A stretch of 64,000 bases of DNA, taken from positions 5,376,001 to 5,440,000 of the forward strand of contig OZ220744.1 of NCBI GenBank assembly GCA_965116925.1, in the 5' to 3' direction. The notes beneath the pieces were generated by a model. It had not been told where the DNA came from, made no database searches, and saw nothing but the letters and a program-made list of their open reading frames with translations. Shown here piece after piece: positions 38,637 through 49,978 of the stretch. The position numbers were made by a program, and so were the translations under genes. The DNA comes from Candidatus Poribacteria bacterium. GTDB taxonomy: Bacteria; Poribacteria; WGA-4E; PCPOR2b. The number at the start of each line of letters is the position of its first letter. Position 1 is the first letter of the stretch.

Positions 38637-40007
38637 CTATATCCGAGACTTTGCTTTGAGTTCAAGGTATTTATTCACTACCGTCATTGTCAATTGATGT
38701 GCGGGAACATCAAGCGTGATGACCCCGCCCCTACGAAGGATTTCCAAGGTAGCGTGCTTCTCCTGTAATAATCTTTCAGCAATTGCCCTTTGGTAGACCA
38801 TTTTGGAATCGGTCGGCTTCTGTGCGGCAAGTGCAACGATGTTGGAGTCTGTCAAGGTTACGCAAACGGTGAGGTGGCGTTTGGCAAGCCGTGCCACATA
38901 ACGGACAAGGTCTTCCGCCGCATCCTGATCCAAGATGTCAGTAAAAAAGATAATCAGTGCGCGTCTGCGCTGTTTTGATGCCAAGTATTTGAAGGCAATC
39001 TCGAAATCCGGTTCGACCAAATAAACCTGTAAGGCGTAGGTAGATTCTAGCATCGTGAGGAATTGCTTTTTGCCCGGTTTGGGTTCAAGGTATTGGTGAA
39101 CGGTGTTTGAGAAAGCAATTAAGCCCACCTTATCCCCCTTGAGCGTCGAGACGTAGCTTGTCATTAAGGTTGCGTTGATGGCGTAATCAAGTTTAATCAT
39201 TGCCTGCTCTGAGCTTGGTCCGGCACTCAGGCTGCCGTTCGCTTCACTTCCTTGCGGCTCCGTCAAAATCGGTGATGCCATCAACCTGCCGACGTCTAAC
39301 ATCATGACTATTTCTTGATTTCGTTCTGTCTCAAACTCCCGGACAATCGGTTTTTGACGTCTTGCTGTCGCCTTCCAGTCGATGCGGCGGAAATCATCAT
39401 CAGGAGCATATTCCCGCAGCCGCTCAATTTCTGTCCCCTCCCCAAATTGCCTCGAATTTCTGAGTCCAAGTTGACCAAGCAGCCCGCGCCTAACTAGCAA
39501 TTCGTACTGTTGGATGGCGTGCAGGTTAGGATAAACTTTCACCTCCGCCGCCTCCTCAATCTGACGTTGGCGGATAATCAACCCGAAAATTCCCCAGCAC
39601 TGTAGGTGAATATCCGCAAAATAGTAAACGCCACGACGCAATGGTGTGAGTCGGTAGACGATGCTTCTGGTTTCATCCGGTGCCACATGTACCTCGTGGA
39701 TAACGCGGTCAAACTGGAATGTCGGCGGAAAATCATCCTTCAGCCGCAACCTTAGTCGATGATGAGAACGGTTGACTACACACAGTGTCACGACATTTTC
39801 TACCCCCAACGAGAACTTAGAGTTTATCTTACGACTCACCTCAACCTTCGTGAATAGCGGCGTTTTTAGGTAATCGACAACGCAGAGAATCAATAGCAGC
39901 ATCAGATAAGCAGCATCAACGAGCAACAAATTGGGCGAGATTTTGTAAAGCATAATCGGAATCGCCGATGGCAGCAGGAATCCGAGTAGCCGGTTACTCA
40001 ATCGCAT
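38637..40007 (-). CDS. DUF58 domain protein with N-terminal TM
   Basis: GEGTEIERLREYAPDDDFRRIDWKATAR, LDVGRLM. Confidence 0.9.
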   Translation of the reverse strand: MRLSNRLLGFLLPSAIPIMLYKISPNLLLVDAAYLMLLLILCVVDYLKTPLFTKVEVSRKINSKFSLGVENVVTLCVVNRSHHRLRLRLKDDFPPTFQFDRVIHEVHVAPDETRSIVYRLTPLRRGVYYFADIHLQCWGIFGLIIRQRQIEEAAEVKVYPNLHAIQQYELLVRRGLLGQLGLRNSRQFGEGTEIERLREYAPDDDFRRIDWKATARRQKPIVREFETERNQEIVMMLDVGRLMASPILTEPQGSEANGSLSAGPSSEQAMIKLDYAINATLMTSYVSTLKGDKVGLIAFSNTVHQYLEPKPGKKQFLTMLESTYALQVYLVEPDFEIAFKYLASKQRRRALIIFFTDILDQDAAEDLVRYVARLAKRHLTVCVTLTDSNIVALAAQKPTDSKMVYQRAIAERLLQEKHATLEILRRGGVITLDVPAHQLTMTVVNKYLELKAKSRI

Positions 40008-40077
40008 CGCGTGGTCTCTCTTTTTGATAGCGTCGAAGGGTGTTGATGATAAATTTAACGTAGTATATCACACTGAG

Positions 40078-41031
40078 CTAACGTGGAATATTTAACTCCG
40101 CGAGTAACCTGTCTATTACATCGTCCGCTGATAGTCCTTCGATTTCCGCTTCTGGTTTCAGTAGAATCCGATGACGATATACGTGTGGAGCTAACCATTT
40201 CACATCGTCCGGCAAGATGTAATCCCGTCCCTGTATTGCCGCGTAAGTTTTGCTCGCTAGCAGCAGCGAGATTGACGCCCGTGGACTGCCGCCCAGAATG
40301 AGGTCATCAGAATTGCGCGATGCCTCAGCTAAACCGACAATATAGCCGAAAATGGAATCTTCAACTGTGACCGCTTGAATCGCTGCTTGGCATTGTTGAA
40401 GCAAAGTCTTGTCGATAACACCTTCAACGCCGGCTTCCGCGAGTTGAGAGGCATTGAAACCGCTGTGATAGTTGAGCAGGATTTGTTGTTCTATCTCCCT
40501 GGTCGGGTAATCGACGCGCAACTTGAGTAGAAACCGATCCAGTTGGGCTTCCGGGAGCGGATAGGTGCCTTCGTATTCCACAGGGTTCTGCGTTGCCAAT
40601 ACCATAAACGGAGCGGTCAATTCGTGGCGTACACCGTCAATACTGACCTGTCGCTCCTCCATACATTCAAGGAGTGCTGATTGGGTTTTGGCTGGGGCAC
40701 GGTTGATTTCATCTGCGAGCAACACATTGGTGAAAACAGGTCCTCGCTTGAGGTTGAATTGGTGCGTAGCCAAATCGTAAACGCTGGTGCCGACGATATC
40801 GGCTGGCATCAGGTCGGGCGTGAATTGAACACGACTAAATTCGCCGGATACTACCAGTGCTAACGTTTTCGCAATAAGTGTCTTGGCGGTGCCGGGCACA
40901 CCTTCTAACAGCACATGACCCCCGGATAGGAAGCTAACCACCACCAGTTCAAATAACTCCTCCTGTCCAACAATGACCTTTTGGGCTTCTGTTTTTATTT
41001 TTTCAAAGACACTTTGAATTAAAGTAGACAT
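40078..41031 (-). CDS. moxR: MoxR family AAA+ ATPase
   Basis: [51 protein letters not shown]. Confidence 0.95.
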   Translation of the reverse strand: MSTLIQSVFEKIKTEAQKVIVGQEELFELVVVSFLSGGHVLLEGVPGTAKTLIAKTLALVVSGEFSRVQFTPDLMPADIVGTSVYDLATHQFNLKRGPVFTNVLLADEINRAPAKTQSALLECMEERQVSIDGVRHELTAPFMVLATQNPVEYEGTYPLPEAQLDRFLLKLRVDYPTREIEQQILLNYHSGFNASQLAEAGVEGVIDKTLLQQCQAAIQAVTVEDSIFGYIVGLAEASRNSDDLILGGSPRASISLLLASKTYAAIQGRDYILPDDVKWLAPHVYRHRILLKPEAEIEGLSADDVIDRLLAELNIPR

Positions 41032-41113
41032 AGTTTTCCTATCTTGGGTAAAACAACCTACCACGGAGAGTTGGGAGAGACGACGAAATATCCACTCCTC
41101 TCGACAAAATCAT

Positions 41114-42241
41114 TTAACGCTGCCCTAGTCGTTTCCGCTCAATATTCACCACATCATAATAGGCATCAACCTGTTTAGCAAGTGACAGTAATCGTGCTTC
41201 CGATATATCACCAGCCGGTTCCAACGCTGTTAAAAGCTGTTGGAGTTCGTCGGTATCAATCGGTTTTCGTTTAGCAATTTCCTCCACGAAGGTAGCAGTC
41301 TCTAGATCGGAGTTAATACGCCACTGCGCTGCGAGATCGAATCGGAATGTATCGCGAATCTGCTTCAAAATCGCAGGACGGGTGTTCCCTTTTTGATAAA
41401 GGGCAGTCATGGCAAAGACATACTCTGAGCTGACCCGCTGGTGCGTTTCCTCCACTACGAGTGGCTTGCCGAATCGGCGTCCACGGAGAATCAGAAACAG
41501 GAAAACGATCAATCCAATATAAACTATGCCCAAGCCACCCGGTGTTTTGAACAGTAGGTAGAACAACGGGTCAGCAGTTTCTGTGGAGTCAAAAGCATAG
41601 TAGCGCGATTCAGCTAGTCCGATACGTGCCCGATGGGGCAATGTCGTCATAAGGTTGTAGAAAAACGTCGCGTTCCGCTCATCTCTAAGTCCAAAGTAAG
41701 TGAAAATGTCGGGACAGGACATGAAAAAGACGCGACCATCCCCCTCACGAAACGTCACAACCGAATAATCCGTCTCCTGTCCGAAGAGCGGTGCGATCTC
41801 CCGTTCTATCGACTGGATGGCAACGTTCGTAGTGGAGTAAATTTCGTCCACCGGGCGATTTGGAAAGATGGGGTCGATCGGGATTCGGTGCGAGGTTTTC
41901 AACGATTTTGATGCGCGGGGCATTTCCAATCCGTAATCGAGCAACAAGGAATCGAGTGATTCGTGGTCTCCCGCGACGATCAGGGTGCCGCTATCTTTGA
42001 CGAAGCGATGTATCTCTTCAATCTCCTCAGTGTCTAACGTTTCGCTTAACTGCCACAGAAATAGTACGTCCAACCGATCGAGCCGAGCGGGTTGTGCCGC
42101 TTCAATTTTCGTCACGCGGAAGTTCAACGCCTTCAAGACACTATAGGGCGCGCTATCTTCATAGAACAAGTCGCACGAAAGTCCAAAAAAAGGGAGCGTA
42201 ATCAGGGCAATGCTGAGGAAGTAAGTTTTGGCATTTCTCAC
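41114..42241 (-). CDS. DUF4350-like membrane/lipoprotein of the MoxR cluster
   Basis: GRRFG.P, EYV.AM..LY C-terminal motif; context; start uncertain. Confidence 0.7.
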   Translation of the reverse strand: MRNAKTYFLSIALITLPFFGLSCDLFYEDSAPYSVLKALNFRVTKIEAAQPARLDRLDVLFLWQLSETLDTEEIEEIHRFVKDSGTLIVAGDHESLDSLLLDYGLEMPRASKSLKTSHRIPIDPIFPNRPVDEIYSTTNVAIQSIEREIAPLFGQETDYSVVTFREGDGRVFFMSCPDIFTYFGLRDERNATFFYNLMTTLPHRARIGLAESRYYAFDSTETADPLFYLLFKTPGGLGIVYIGLIVFLFLILRGRRFGKPLVVEETHQRVSSEYVFAMTALYQKGNTRPAILKQIRDTFRFDLAAQWRINSDLETATFVEEIAKRKPIDTDELQQLLTALEPAGDISEARLLSLAKQVDAYYDVVNIERKRLGQR

Positions 42242-42249
42242 AGGAGAAT

Positions 42250-42906
42250 TTACCCATTTGTTAGATACACCTTTTGCAACAGTTCTCGGTAATTCGCGAT
42301 GGTATCCGCATTGCACGGCTTGTAGCCGTACCAGACATCATCAAACACTTGAATCACCGGACGCAGTGCTTCTTGTAATTCAACGTGTGCCTGTAAGGTG
42401 TGGAGATATTCAAGATTGGTCAGACTCTTATCGTAGGTGAGTATGCCCCGCTCTTGGAGGTGAAGAATTGCCGATAAATAAAGGAAGCGGAGCGCGTCCC
42501 GAAAGTTATGCGATGTCACTGCTATTTCAGATTGGGTAAGTGCCGCCTGTGCTGTTGTGACATTGTCCATTTCGGATTCAGTCACCTTATCTCTTATCTC
42601 AGTGACTAGATTTCTGCGAATCTGTCGGATAAAAAAGAGAGTCAGACCAATCAGCAAGAGACATCCACCCCAGAGCAGCGCGTCCGCCGTGCCTACGCCG
42701 ATCAAGGAGCGAAATGTACCGGTTCTTTGGTCATGGAGCGAGAAAAGTTTGGATAAAATATCTTCGTACTTCTTAAAGGAAGCATCCATGTTGGCGTGGT
42801 TCGCCTCTATCTCTTCCCTGAATTGTTGCATCTCCGTTTCGGCAGCAAATAACACAGAACCAATCGCTAAAAGGAGTATCCCACAAATGGGTATCCTGTT
42901 TCTCAT
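42250..42906 (-). CDS. DUF4129-like membrane protein
   Basis: ALRFLY..L...TNLEYL..FDDVWYG. Confidence 0.75.
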   Translation of the reverse strand: MRNRIPICGILLLAIGSVLFAAETEMQQFREEIEANHANMDASFKKYEDILSKLFSLHDQRTGTFRSLIGVGTADALLWGGCLLLIGLTLFFIRQIRRNLVTEIRDKVTESEMDNVTTAQAALTQSEIAVTSHNFRDALRFLYLSAILHLQERGILTYDKSLTNLEYLHTLQAHVELQEALRPVIQVFDDVWYGYKPCNADTIANYRELLQKVYLTNG

Positions 42907-42992
42907 GCTTACCTCGCTCCTTCTAGATAGAGAGACGTTGTAAAAATCGTCAGAGAGGTATCGAATAGGTCAATACCTTTTTCCCTATATCA

Positions 42993-43889
42993 TCATGCCG
43001 CTGGGTCAGTCACACGCATCTCAATATCGAACCCCTCTTTCCGAATGCGCTGGTCAAAGTAGAGAAGCGTCGAACCGATTATCCCAACCGGCAGCATCAG
43101 GCTAGTCACGACATAGTTAATGAAACTCTGAATAATGTAGTTGACCAACCCCTCCCAAGTTGTCAGTTCCGGTACGAACAGTCGTTGAAACATTTTTAAC
43201 AACCCCTCCTCACCACCTATCACCTGCGTTAAACCGAACCCAAACAGTAAAGAGAATTGAAGTATGGTCTGAATCATGAAGGCGAGCAGAAAAATCGCGA
43301 ACAGGATACCAAAGACGCGCCACCACGTACCCTTGACTAATTCACTACTGCGTCTCAGTGCGTTTGTTGCTGAAGTCTGTTCAATCAAGACTGCTTGTGC
43401 GTAGAATCCCCACCGCACTGCAAAATAGATGGCGAACGGGATACCGATGATGGTTATTGTCAATAGCCCAACAATTAATATATAGAGTATATTACTTCCA
43501 AGGTAGGACCAAAACCGGCGTGCGATTTGTCTGAATGCGGTTCCAGCGGCGATCTGGTTTCCTAAGTAGGATTGGGCACCGGCGAAGAGGAGTGCACCTA
43601 TGGAAAACAGTGAGATTAAAATGGTAATCCAAGAGGCAATGATAGGTATCCCAATTGCTATACCCCGTAGACCAGAATTGGAGAAGTAAAACGTTGAAAT
43701 ACCCAAGAACAGGTTTAGTCCCAGCATAAAAACAAAATAAACAATACAGATACCAAAAATCAATCGGAAATAGTTTCGATAGAGACTGAATATTGTATCC
43801 AGAATATCTGTAAACCCCATAGGTTGAAGCGATGTCGTTGTGGAAGCTTCATTGTTGCTTGTTTGTAATGCATCATTGGGTTGTAACAT
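42993..43889 (-). CDS. integral membrane protein (GDPD-membrane-anchor-like family)
   Basis: LQPMGFTDILD..ALRRS.ELVKG.WWR..LLYFDQRIRKEGFD. Confidence 0.75.
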   Translation of the reverse strand: MLQPNDALQTSNNEASTTTSLQPMGFTDILDTIFSLYRNYFRLIFGICIVYFVFMLGLNLFLGISTFYFSNSGLRGIAIGIPIIASWITILISLFSIGALLFAGAQSYLGNQIAAGTAFRQIARRFWSYLGSNILYILIVGLLTITIIGIPFAIYFAVRWGFYAQAVLIEQTSATNALRRSSELVKGTWWRVFGILFAIFLLAFMIQTILQFSLLFGFGLTQVIGGEEGLLKMFQRLFVPELTTWEGLVNYIIQSFINYVVTSLMLPVGIIGSTLLYFDQRIRKEGFDIEMRVTDPAA

Positions 43890-43978
43890 TTTTCCCTCCA
43901 TGTGGTATAGACGTGATTGTTAGACGGTAATTTTATCGTATGTTGCGCTGTGGGTCAATTCAAGAATTCCTTATGCTG

Positions 43979-44559
43979 CTACGTCGCTTCTTTTGCCGCT
44001 ATCATCTCAATATCGAACCCCTCTTTCCGAATACGCTGGTCAAAGTGGAGAAGTGTAGTACCAATAAAACTGCTTGTGCGTGAAAACTCCACCGCGTCCT
44101 AAAATAGATACCACATGGCAGACTGATAATGAAACCGAATATTATTGTATAGTACGATGAAGGTATAGTTGCAAGTGCGGCGTAGAGTGCGCCAATTAGG
44201 ACCAATATCCAGATTAGACTGCTTCCGAGGTAGGGCCAAAATCGGTGTGCGAGTTGCCTGAATGCAGCACTAGGGGTGGTATGCCTTCCCAAATAGGTCT
44301 GCATACTGGCACACACGAGCCAACCGGAAAATAAAGCGTCTACAACCAGAGCACACCAACCTATCAACCAATGTGTGGAAGACGAAAAAACAGTGCGGTA
44401 AAACAGATACCAAAAAGCATAAACAGCAGAAATACCTACAAACAGTCGAAAATGATCTCGATAGAAACTGAATGTCGTATCCAGAATGTCTGTGAAACCC
44501 ATCGGCTGAAACGATATCGGTGTGGTGGTTTCGCTGTTGCTTGTGTGGGGATTTAACAT
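43979..44559 (-). pseudogene. paralog of 42993 with internal deletion and frameshift
   Basis: after HAQAVL the C-terminus FIGTTLLHFDQRIRKEGFDIEM is in another frame; middle part missing. Confidence 0.8.
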
Positions 44560-44651
44560 TTTTCCGTGCCTCCCTTTTCGTGCCCAAGAGACAGTATATC
44601 ACATCGCTCAACGACTATCAAGCATCGCTCCTACACCGTTCGGATCATTTA

Positions 44652-44747
44652 TAGTGAATCTTATAATGAGACACTCCAAACCGGTGCGGTTAGGAAATCG
44701 TACCTACCGGAGGGTTTTAGGGCTTCGAGTAAGTACCTATTTCACTA
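44652..44747. mobile_element. degenerate IS630-type MITE carrying a REP-like hairpin
   Basis: TAGTGAA...TTCACTA ends; internal CGGTGCGGTTAGGAAATCGTACCTACCG. Confidence 0.45.
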
Positions 44748-44933
44748 AGATCGATTTTCGGTTTGACAACAATTTAAATCTATGGAAAAATAGACAAAAT
44801 CTAGATTTTTCACACAGAAACGTCAGATCGCAGCTTGATTCTGATTTCATCGACCAACGATAAAACCGATTGGGGTAGATTTTCTGGAGGCTGCCCCGTT
44901 TCAACTTTTCATTTGAGAGTAAGGAGGTTCAAA

Positions 44934-46100
44934 GTGAATATTAGAAGATTCACTAAATTTGTGTTTGTACTAGTGCTCGTCACACTGATTGCGGGGCTTT
45001 CTGCCTGTGACCAGATTGGGCAACTTCTCGTCCCTGCCCCGCCTGAGGCAGACATAAGTGCAGAGATTCCCATCGGTGTCGTCGTCGCTTTGACTGGGCG
45101 ATTCGCTGATGAACTTGGCATACCGATGCTAAATGGCTTTGAACTCGCTCGCTATGAGATTAACAACTCAGGGATGCTCGGCGGTGCAACCATCACCTTC
45201 ATCACCGAGGATGACCAGAGTGAGAGTTCCGTTGAAGCATTTAATAAATTGATTCATCAAGATGGTGTGTCTGCTATCACGGGGCTGGCTATCTCATCTC
45301 AGGCAATACATTCATTTCCGATAGCACAAGAGAATGGAGTTGTATGTTTTAGCTCGGTCTCTTCCGCCTCCGGTCTAAGCGCGATTGGCGATTTTATCTT
45401 TCGCGCGGGGCTCACCATAGATATCCTGAATCCGAGCGGGGTCCGAATAACTCAAGAGAAACTTGGCTATACGAAAGCAGCGACCATATATGATGAAAGC
45501 GACCTCTACTCAACAACTAGTAACCAGAGGTTTCAAGAAGCCCTCGCTGCGAACGGTGTCGAGATTTTGACCACAGAGACCTTCCAAAGCGGCGATACCG
45601 ATTTTTCTGATCAATTAACTCGGATAATGGAGTTGAATCCTGAAGCCATCTTTATCTCAACGTTATCAACAGAGATGCCTCTGATCTTAACGCAAGGTCG
45701 TGAACTCGGCATACCTGACTCGGTTCCCTTTATTCTGCCCGAAATAGCAAGAGAACAGGTGCAAGCTGCGGGTGCTGCCGCGGAGGGTGTGATTACTTTT
45801 ACAGGTTGGTCTAGCCTCGCCGTTGTTCCGGGGAATCAAGCGTTTATCCAAAATTATACCGAGAAATATGGAATGGAGCCGAACGCTTGGGCGGCGCAGT
45901 CGTATGCCACACTCCATATTCTCGCTGCGGCGATTGCGGAAGCACAATCCACCGACTCAGCCGCAATTCGGGACGCTTTGGTGAATACCATGGATATGGA
46001 CACTATTTTAGGGGAATTCTCTTTTGATGCTGTCGGAGACGCAGTTTACGACCCACAGATATTGATTGTCAAAGATGGCGAATTTGCAGTCTTTGAATGA
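44934..46100 (+). CDS. LivJ/LivK-like ABC substrate-binding lipoprotein 1
   Basis: lipobox LSAC; EDD, DFIFR, DTDFS.QL, AQSY, G.FSFD..GD. Confidence 0.9.
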   Translation: MNIRRFTKFVFVLVLVTLIAGLSACDQIGQLLVPAPPEADISAEIPIGVVVALTGRFADELGIPMLNGFELARYEINNSGMLGGATITFITEDDQSESSVEAFNKLIHQDGVSAITGLAISSQAIHSFPIAQENGVVCFSSVSSASGLSAIGDFIFRAGLTIDILNPSGVRITQEKLGYTKAATIYDESDLYSTTSNQRFQEALAANGVEILTTETFQSGDTDFSDQLTRIMELNPEAIFISTLSTEMPLILTQGRELGIPDSVPFILPEIAREQVQAAGAAAEGVITFTGWSSLAVVPGNQAFIQNYTEKYGMEPNAWAAQSYATLHILAAAIAEAQSTDSAAIRDALVNTMDMDTILGEFSFDAVGDAVYDPQILIVKDGEFAVFE

Positions 46101-46309
46101 TTTTCAACGAAGGATCGGTATAATTCAACAGAATTGGAATTCTGTATCTTGTAGGAAATAACAATCGTTGTTCTCTGAAACTTAAGTTTTAAGTTTAGGC
46201 GAATTTTTCGATTGCCTTCCGAATATCAATACTCAACGAATCAGGTAGTGGACAGTTCCTCCCGATTGTCCCTCGCCTGATTTTTTTATTTGAAAATAAG
46301 GGATTTAAG

Positions 46310-47470
46310 ATGAAAACTGAACGAATTACAATATTTACGTTTGCACTGGCGATTGTCTTCTTGATCGTAGGGCTTTCTGCATGTGACCAGATTGGGCAAC
46401 TGCTCGTTCCTGCTCCCCCTGAGATCGAAGATATTCGCATCGGTGTCGTTTTACCTGTCACAGGACGACTCGCCTCTGCATTTGGCGTACCAATAGGTAC
46501 CGGCTTTGAACTTGCTCTCGAAGAGATTAACAGCTCACAACTCGGCGGGAGAAGCATCAAGTTTATCATAGAGGACGATCAGAGCACCGTTGAAGGTGCC
46601 GTTGATGCCTACAAGAAATTGATTCAGCAGGATGGTGTACCTGTTATCCTGGGGCCCGCTACCTCCACTCAGACCCAAGAGGCGTTTCCAATCGCTCAAG
46701 AAAATGGGGTCGTGGGCTTTAGCCCTACATCCGCTGCGCGTGGTCTCAGTGCGATTGGTGATTTTGTCTTTCGTGCAGCGCTCACCACAGATGTGCTGAT
46801 TCCGAGTGGTATTGAGACGACCTCCGCAAAACTCGATTATAAAACAGCGGCGACAATGTATGATGAAAGCGATGTCTTCTCTACAGATAGCGAGGAAGCG
46901 GTGAGGGAAGCGTTCGCTGCGAACGGTGTCAAGGTGTTGATCACGGAAACTTTCCAAAGTGGTGATACTGACTTTACCGCACAACTAACTCGGATTAGGG
47001 ACGCAAATCCTGACATTATCTTTATCTCCTCTCTATCGCCAGAAAAGCCCGGACTTCTGAAACAAGGGCGCCAACTCGGTATACCCAACTCGGTTCCGCT
47101 TGTTATGCGCACGTTGACCATAGCCGATGTGCAAGCTGCGGGTGAGGCTGCCGAGGGTGCGATTACTTTCGTTGGTTGGGCAAGCGCCGCTGACACGCCG
47201 GGCAATTCAGCCTTCGTCCAGAATTATAGCGCGAAATACGGAGAGGAGCCGAGCAATTACGCTGCACGGGCGTATGCTGGTCTCCACATTCTGGCTGAAG
47301 CGATTGCCAACGCCCAATCCACCGACTCAATCGCAATTCGAGACGCTATGGCAAATATCACAGATTTCGACACCGTTTTCGGGAAATTCTCTTTTAACGA
47401 GGTCGGAGATGCGGTGTACGATCCGAAGGTATTGATTGTGGTGAATGGTCAATTGGAACTCTTCGAGTAA
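46310..47470 (+). CDS. LivJ/LivK-like ABC substrate-binding lipoprotein 2
   Basis: paralog, same motifs. Confidence 0.9.
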   Translation: MKTERITIFTFALAIVFLIVGLSACDQIGQLLVPAPPEIEDIRIGVVLPVTGRLASAFGVPIGTGFELALEEINSSQLGGRSIKFIIEDDQSTVEGAVDAYKKLIQQDGVPVILGPATSTQTQEAFPIAQENGVVGFSPTSAARGLSAIGDFVFRAALTTDVLIPSGIETTSAKLDYKTAATMYDESDVFSTDSEEAVREAFAANGVKVLITETFQSGDTDFTAQLTRIRDANPDIIFISSLSPEKPGLLKQGRQLGIPNSVPLVMRTLTIADVQAAGEAAEGAITFVGWASAADTPGNSAFVQNYSAKYGEEPSNYAARAYAGLHILAEAIANAQSTDSIAIRDAMANITDFDTVFGKFSFNEVGDAVYDPKVLIVVNGQLELFE

Positions 47471-47533
47471 CCCTAAACAACAGCAGGGTAAAAAGATAGA
47501 GTATAACTCAGGTTATAGAAAATAAGGAGGTTC

Positions 47534-48715
47534 ATGTTGAATATAAGTAGAGTAATCAAATTTGCGTTTGTCTTGACGATTATCGCACTGATTGTAGGGA
47601 TTTCCGCCTGTGATCAGATTGGGCAACTTCTCGTCCCCGCTCCATCTGATAGGGAAGATGTGAGTGTAGAGATTCCCATCGGTCTTGTCTACCCCGCTAC
47701 CGGACGGCTCGCCGATTTTGCCTTACCGATACGACATGGCTTTGAGCTAGCGCTTGAAGAGGTAAACAGTTCACAACTCAGCGATGTCAGATTCAAGTTC
47801 ATCGACGTGGACGATCAGAGCACCATTGAGGGTGCAGTCGAGGCGTATAATACACTGATTCAAGCAGGCGTGCCTGTTATCTTTGGTCCCACAACCTCAG
47901 GTCAAGCCGAAGCGGCGTTTCCAATCGCGCAACAGAACGAGGTTGTGGCTTTTAGCTCCTCTTCAAATGCTACCGGTCTAAGTGCGCTTGGCGATTTTAT
48001 CTTCCGCGCTGGGCTTACTACAGATATCCTACTCCCCGGTGGTGTTAGGGCAACACATGCAAAACTGGGCTATCAACAAGTAGCAATCATATATGATGAA
48101 ACCGATTCCTACTCCATAGATAGCTATGAAAAGTTCAGGGACACGCTTACTGAAATAGGCGTCGAGATTCTGGTCACAGAAACCTTCCAAAGCACAGGAA
48201 TCCCTCAAAACGACAATATCGATTTTTCTGACCAACTGACTCGAATAAAGGAGGCAAATCCTGACGCCATCTTTATCGCGGCACAACTCCCGGAGCAGAC
48301 TGAGATTCTGATTCAAGGTCGTCAGATTGGAATTTCCACCGAGATTCCGTTTATCACTAGCCTGATAAACGACGTGGAAAACGCAGGGGCTGCCGCCGAG
48401 GGGGCAATCTCTTTTGCAGGCTGGATTAGCACGGCTGACACACCGGGAAATCAAGCCTTTGTCCAGAAGTACCGAGCAGCGTATGCGAGTGAGCCGAACG
48501 CTTGGACGGCGCAGTCGTATGCAGCTGTCTATATTGTCGTCGCAGCGATCGCGGAAGCACAATCCACTGATCCAACTGCAATTCGAGACGCACTAGCAGA
48601 TACCAAAAATTTCGATACCGTTTTGGGGGCGTTTTCTTTTAACGCGGTCGGCGATGCCGTTTACGAGCCAATTGTACAGATTGTCGAAAACGGCGAATTT
48701 CAAATTTTCGACTAA
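47534..48715 (+). CDS. LivJ/LivK-like ABC substrate-binding lipoprotein 3
   Basis: paralog, lipobox ISAC. Confidence 0.9.
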   Translation: MLNISRVIKFAFVLTIIALIVGISACDQIGQLLVPAPSDREDVSVEIPIGLVYPATGRLADFALPIRHGFELALEEVNSSQLSDVRFKFIDVDDQSTIEGAVEAYNTLIQAGVPVIFGPTTSGQAEAAFPIAQQNEVVAFSSSSNATGLSALGDFIFRAGLTTDILLPGGVRATHAKLGYQQVAIIYDETDSYSIDSYEKFRDTLTEIGVEILVTETFQSTGIPQNDNIDFSDQLTRIKEANPDAIFIAAQLPEQTEILIQGRQIGISTEIPFITSLINDVENAGAAAEGAISFAGWISTADTPGNQAFVQKYRAAYASEPNAWTAQSYAAVYIVVAAIAEAQSTDPTAIRDALADTKNFDTVLGAFSFNAVGDAVYEPIVQIVENGEFQIFD

Positions 48716-48738
48716 GCCTCCAAACGCCAGCAGGATTC

Positions 48739-48766
48739 GTAGGGGCACTCCCTTGTGGGTGCCCCT
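48739..48766 (+). repeat. GTAG-type REP hairpin (also 50002-50026, 52172-52197, 53439-53464)
   Basis: GTAGGGGCAC...GTGCCC at the same position after four paralog stops. Confidence 0.8.
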
Positions 48767-48799
48767 TTAGGATCACACTTAAAAAGAAAGAGGTCAAAT

Positions 48800-49978
48800 G
48801 TGAATATCAGCAGGTTCACCCAATTTACATTTGTCTTGGCGGTTGCAGTGCTGATTGCAGGACTTTCCGCTTGCGATCAGATTGGGCAACTTCTCAGCCC
48901 TACAACACCTCAGATAAAAGGACTTAAGGGAGAAATTCGTATTGGCCTTTCCTTGCCGCTGACAGGGCGATTTGCCACTACATACGGCTACATACCAATG
49001 CAACAGGGCTTTGAACTAGCTCTCGAAGAGATTAACCATTCAGGAATGCTCGGCGATGCAAAAATTACCTTTATTACTGAGGACGATCGAGGCACCGTTG
49101 AAGGTGCCGTTGAAGCTTTCAATAAATTGATTCATCAAGGGGGCGTACTTGCTATCTTAGGTCCTGGTCTTTCCAGTCAAGCCCAAGAGGTTTTTCCAAT
49201 CGCACAACAGAACGGAGTTGTGGTCTTTAGTCCGACTTCCGGTGCCTCAGGCCTGAGTGCACTCGGCGATTTTGTCTTCCGTGCTGCGCTCACCACAGAT
49301 GTGCTGATTCCAAGTGGTATCAAGGCAACGCAGGCGAAACTCGGCTACCAGCAGGTGGCAACCATATACGATGAAAGCGACCTTTACTCCATTGATAGCG
49401 ACACAGTGTCGAGGGCAGCCTTTACCGATAGCGGTGTCGAGATTCTGACCACAGAGACCTTCCAAAGCGGTGATACAGACTTCTCCGTCCAATTAACTCG
49501 CATTAAGGAGTCAAATCCTGATGCCATTTTTATCTCCGCGTTATCACCAGATATAGCTGCGATCTTGATCCAAGGTCGCCACCTCAGTATACCCGATTCG
49601 GTTCCGTTTATTATCCCCGATTTGCCTAGCAACGAGATACAAGCTGCGGGTGATGCCGCCGACGGTGTGATTACTTTTACCGGTTGGGCAAGCACTGCTG
49701 ACACACCGGGCAATCACGCCTTCGTCCAGAAGTACCGTGCGAGGTACGGTATCGAACCAAACATTTTTGTTGCACAGTCGTACGCCGCTGTCTATATCCT
49801 CGCCGCAGCGATCGCAGAAGCACAATCCACCGATCCAATTGCGATTCGAGATGCTATGGCAAATACCAAAAATTTCGATACCGTTTTAGGGCGATTCTCG
49901 TTTAACGCTGTCGGGGATGCCGTTTACGACCCGGTTATACTAATTGTCAAAAATGGCGAATTTCAGATTTTCAAATAA
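48800..49978 (+). CDS. LivJ/LivK-like ABC substrate-binding lipoprotein 4
   Basis: paralog; GTG start after GAGG. Confidence 0.9.
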   Translation: MNISRFTQFTFVLAVAVLIAGLSACDQIGQLLSPTTPQIKGLKGEIRIGLSLPLTGRFATTYGYIPMQQGFELALEEINHSGMLGDAKITFITEDDRGTVEGAVEAFNKLIHQGGVLAILGPGLSSQAQEVFPIAQQNGVVVFSPTSGASGLSALGDFVFRAALTTDVLIPSGIKATQAKLGYQQVATIYDESDLYSIDSDTVSRAAFTDSGVEILTTETFQSGDTDFSVQLTRIKESNPDAIFISALSPDIAAILIQGRHLSIPDSVPFIIPDLPSNEIQAAGDAADGVITFTGWASTADTPGNHAFVQKYRARYGIEPNIFVAQSYAAVYILAAAIAEAQSTDPIAIRDAMANTKNFDTVLGRFSFNAVGDAVYDPVILIVKNGEFQIFK

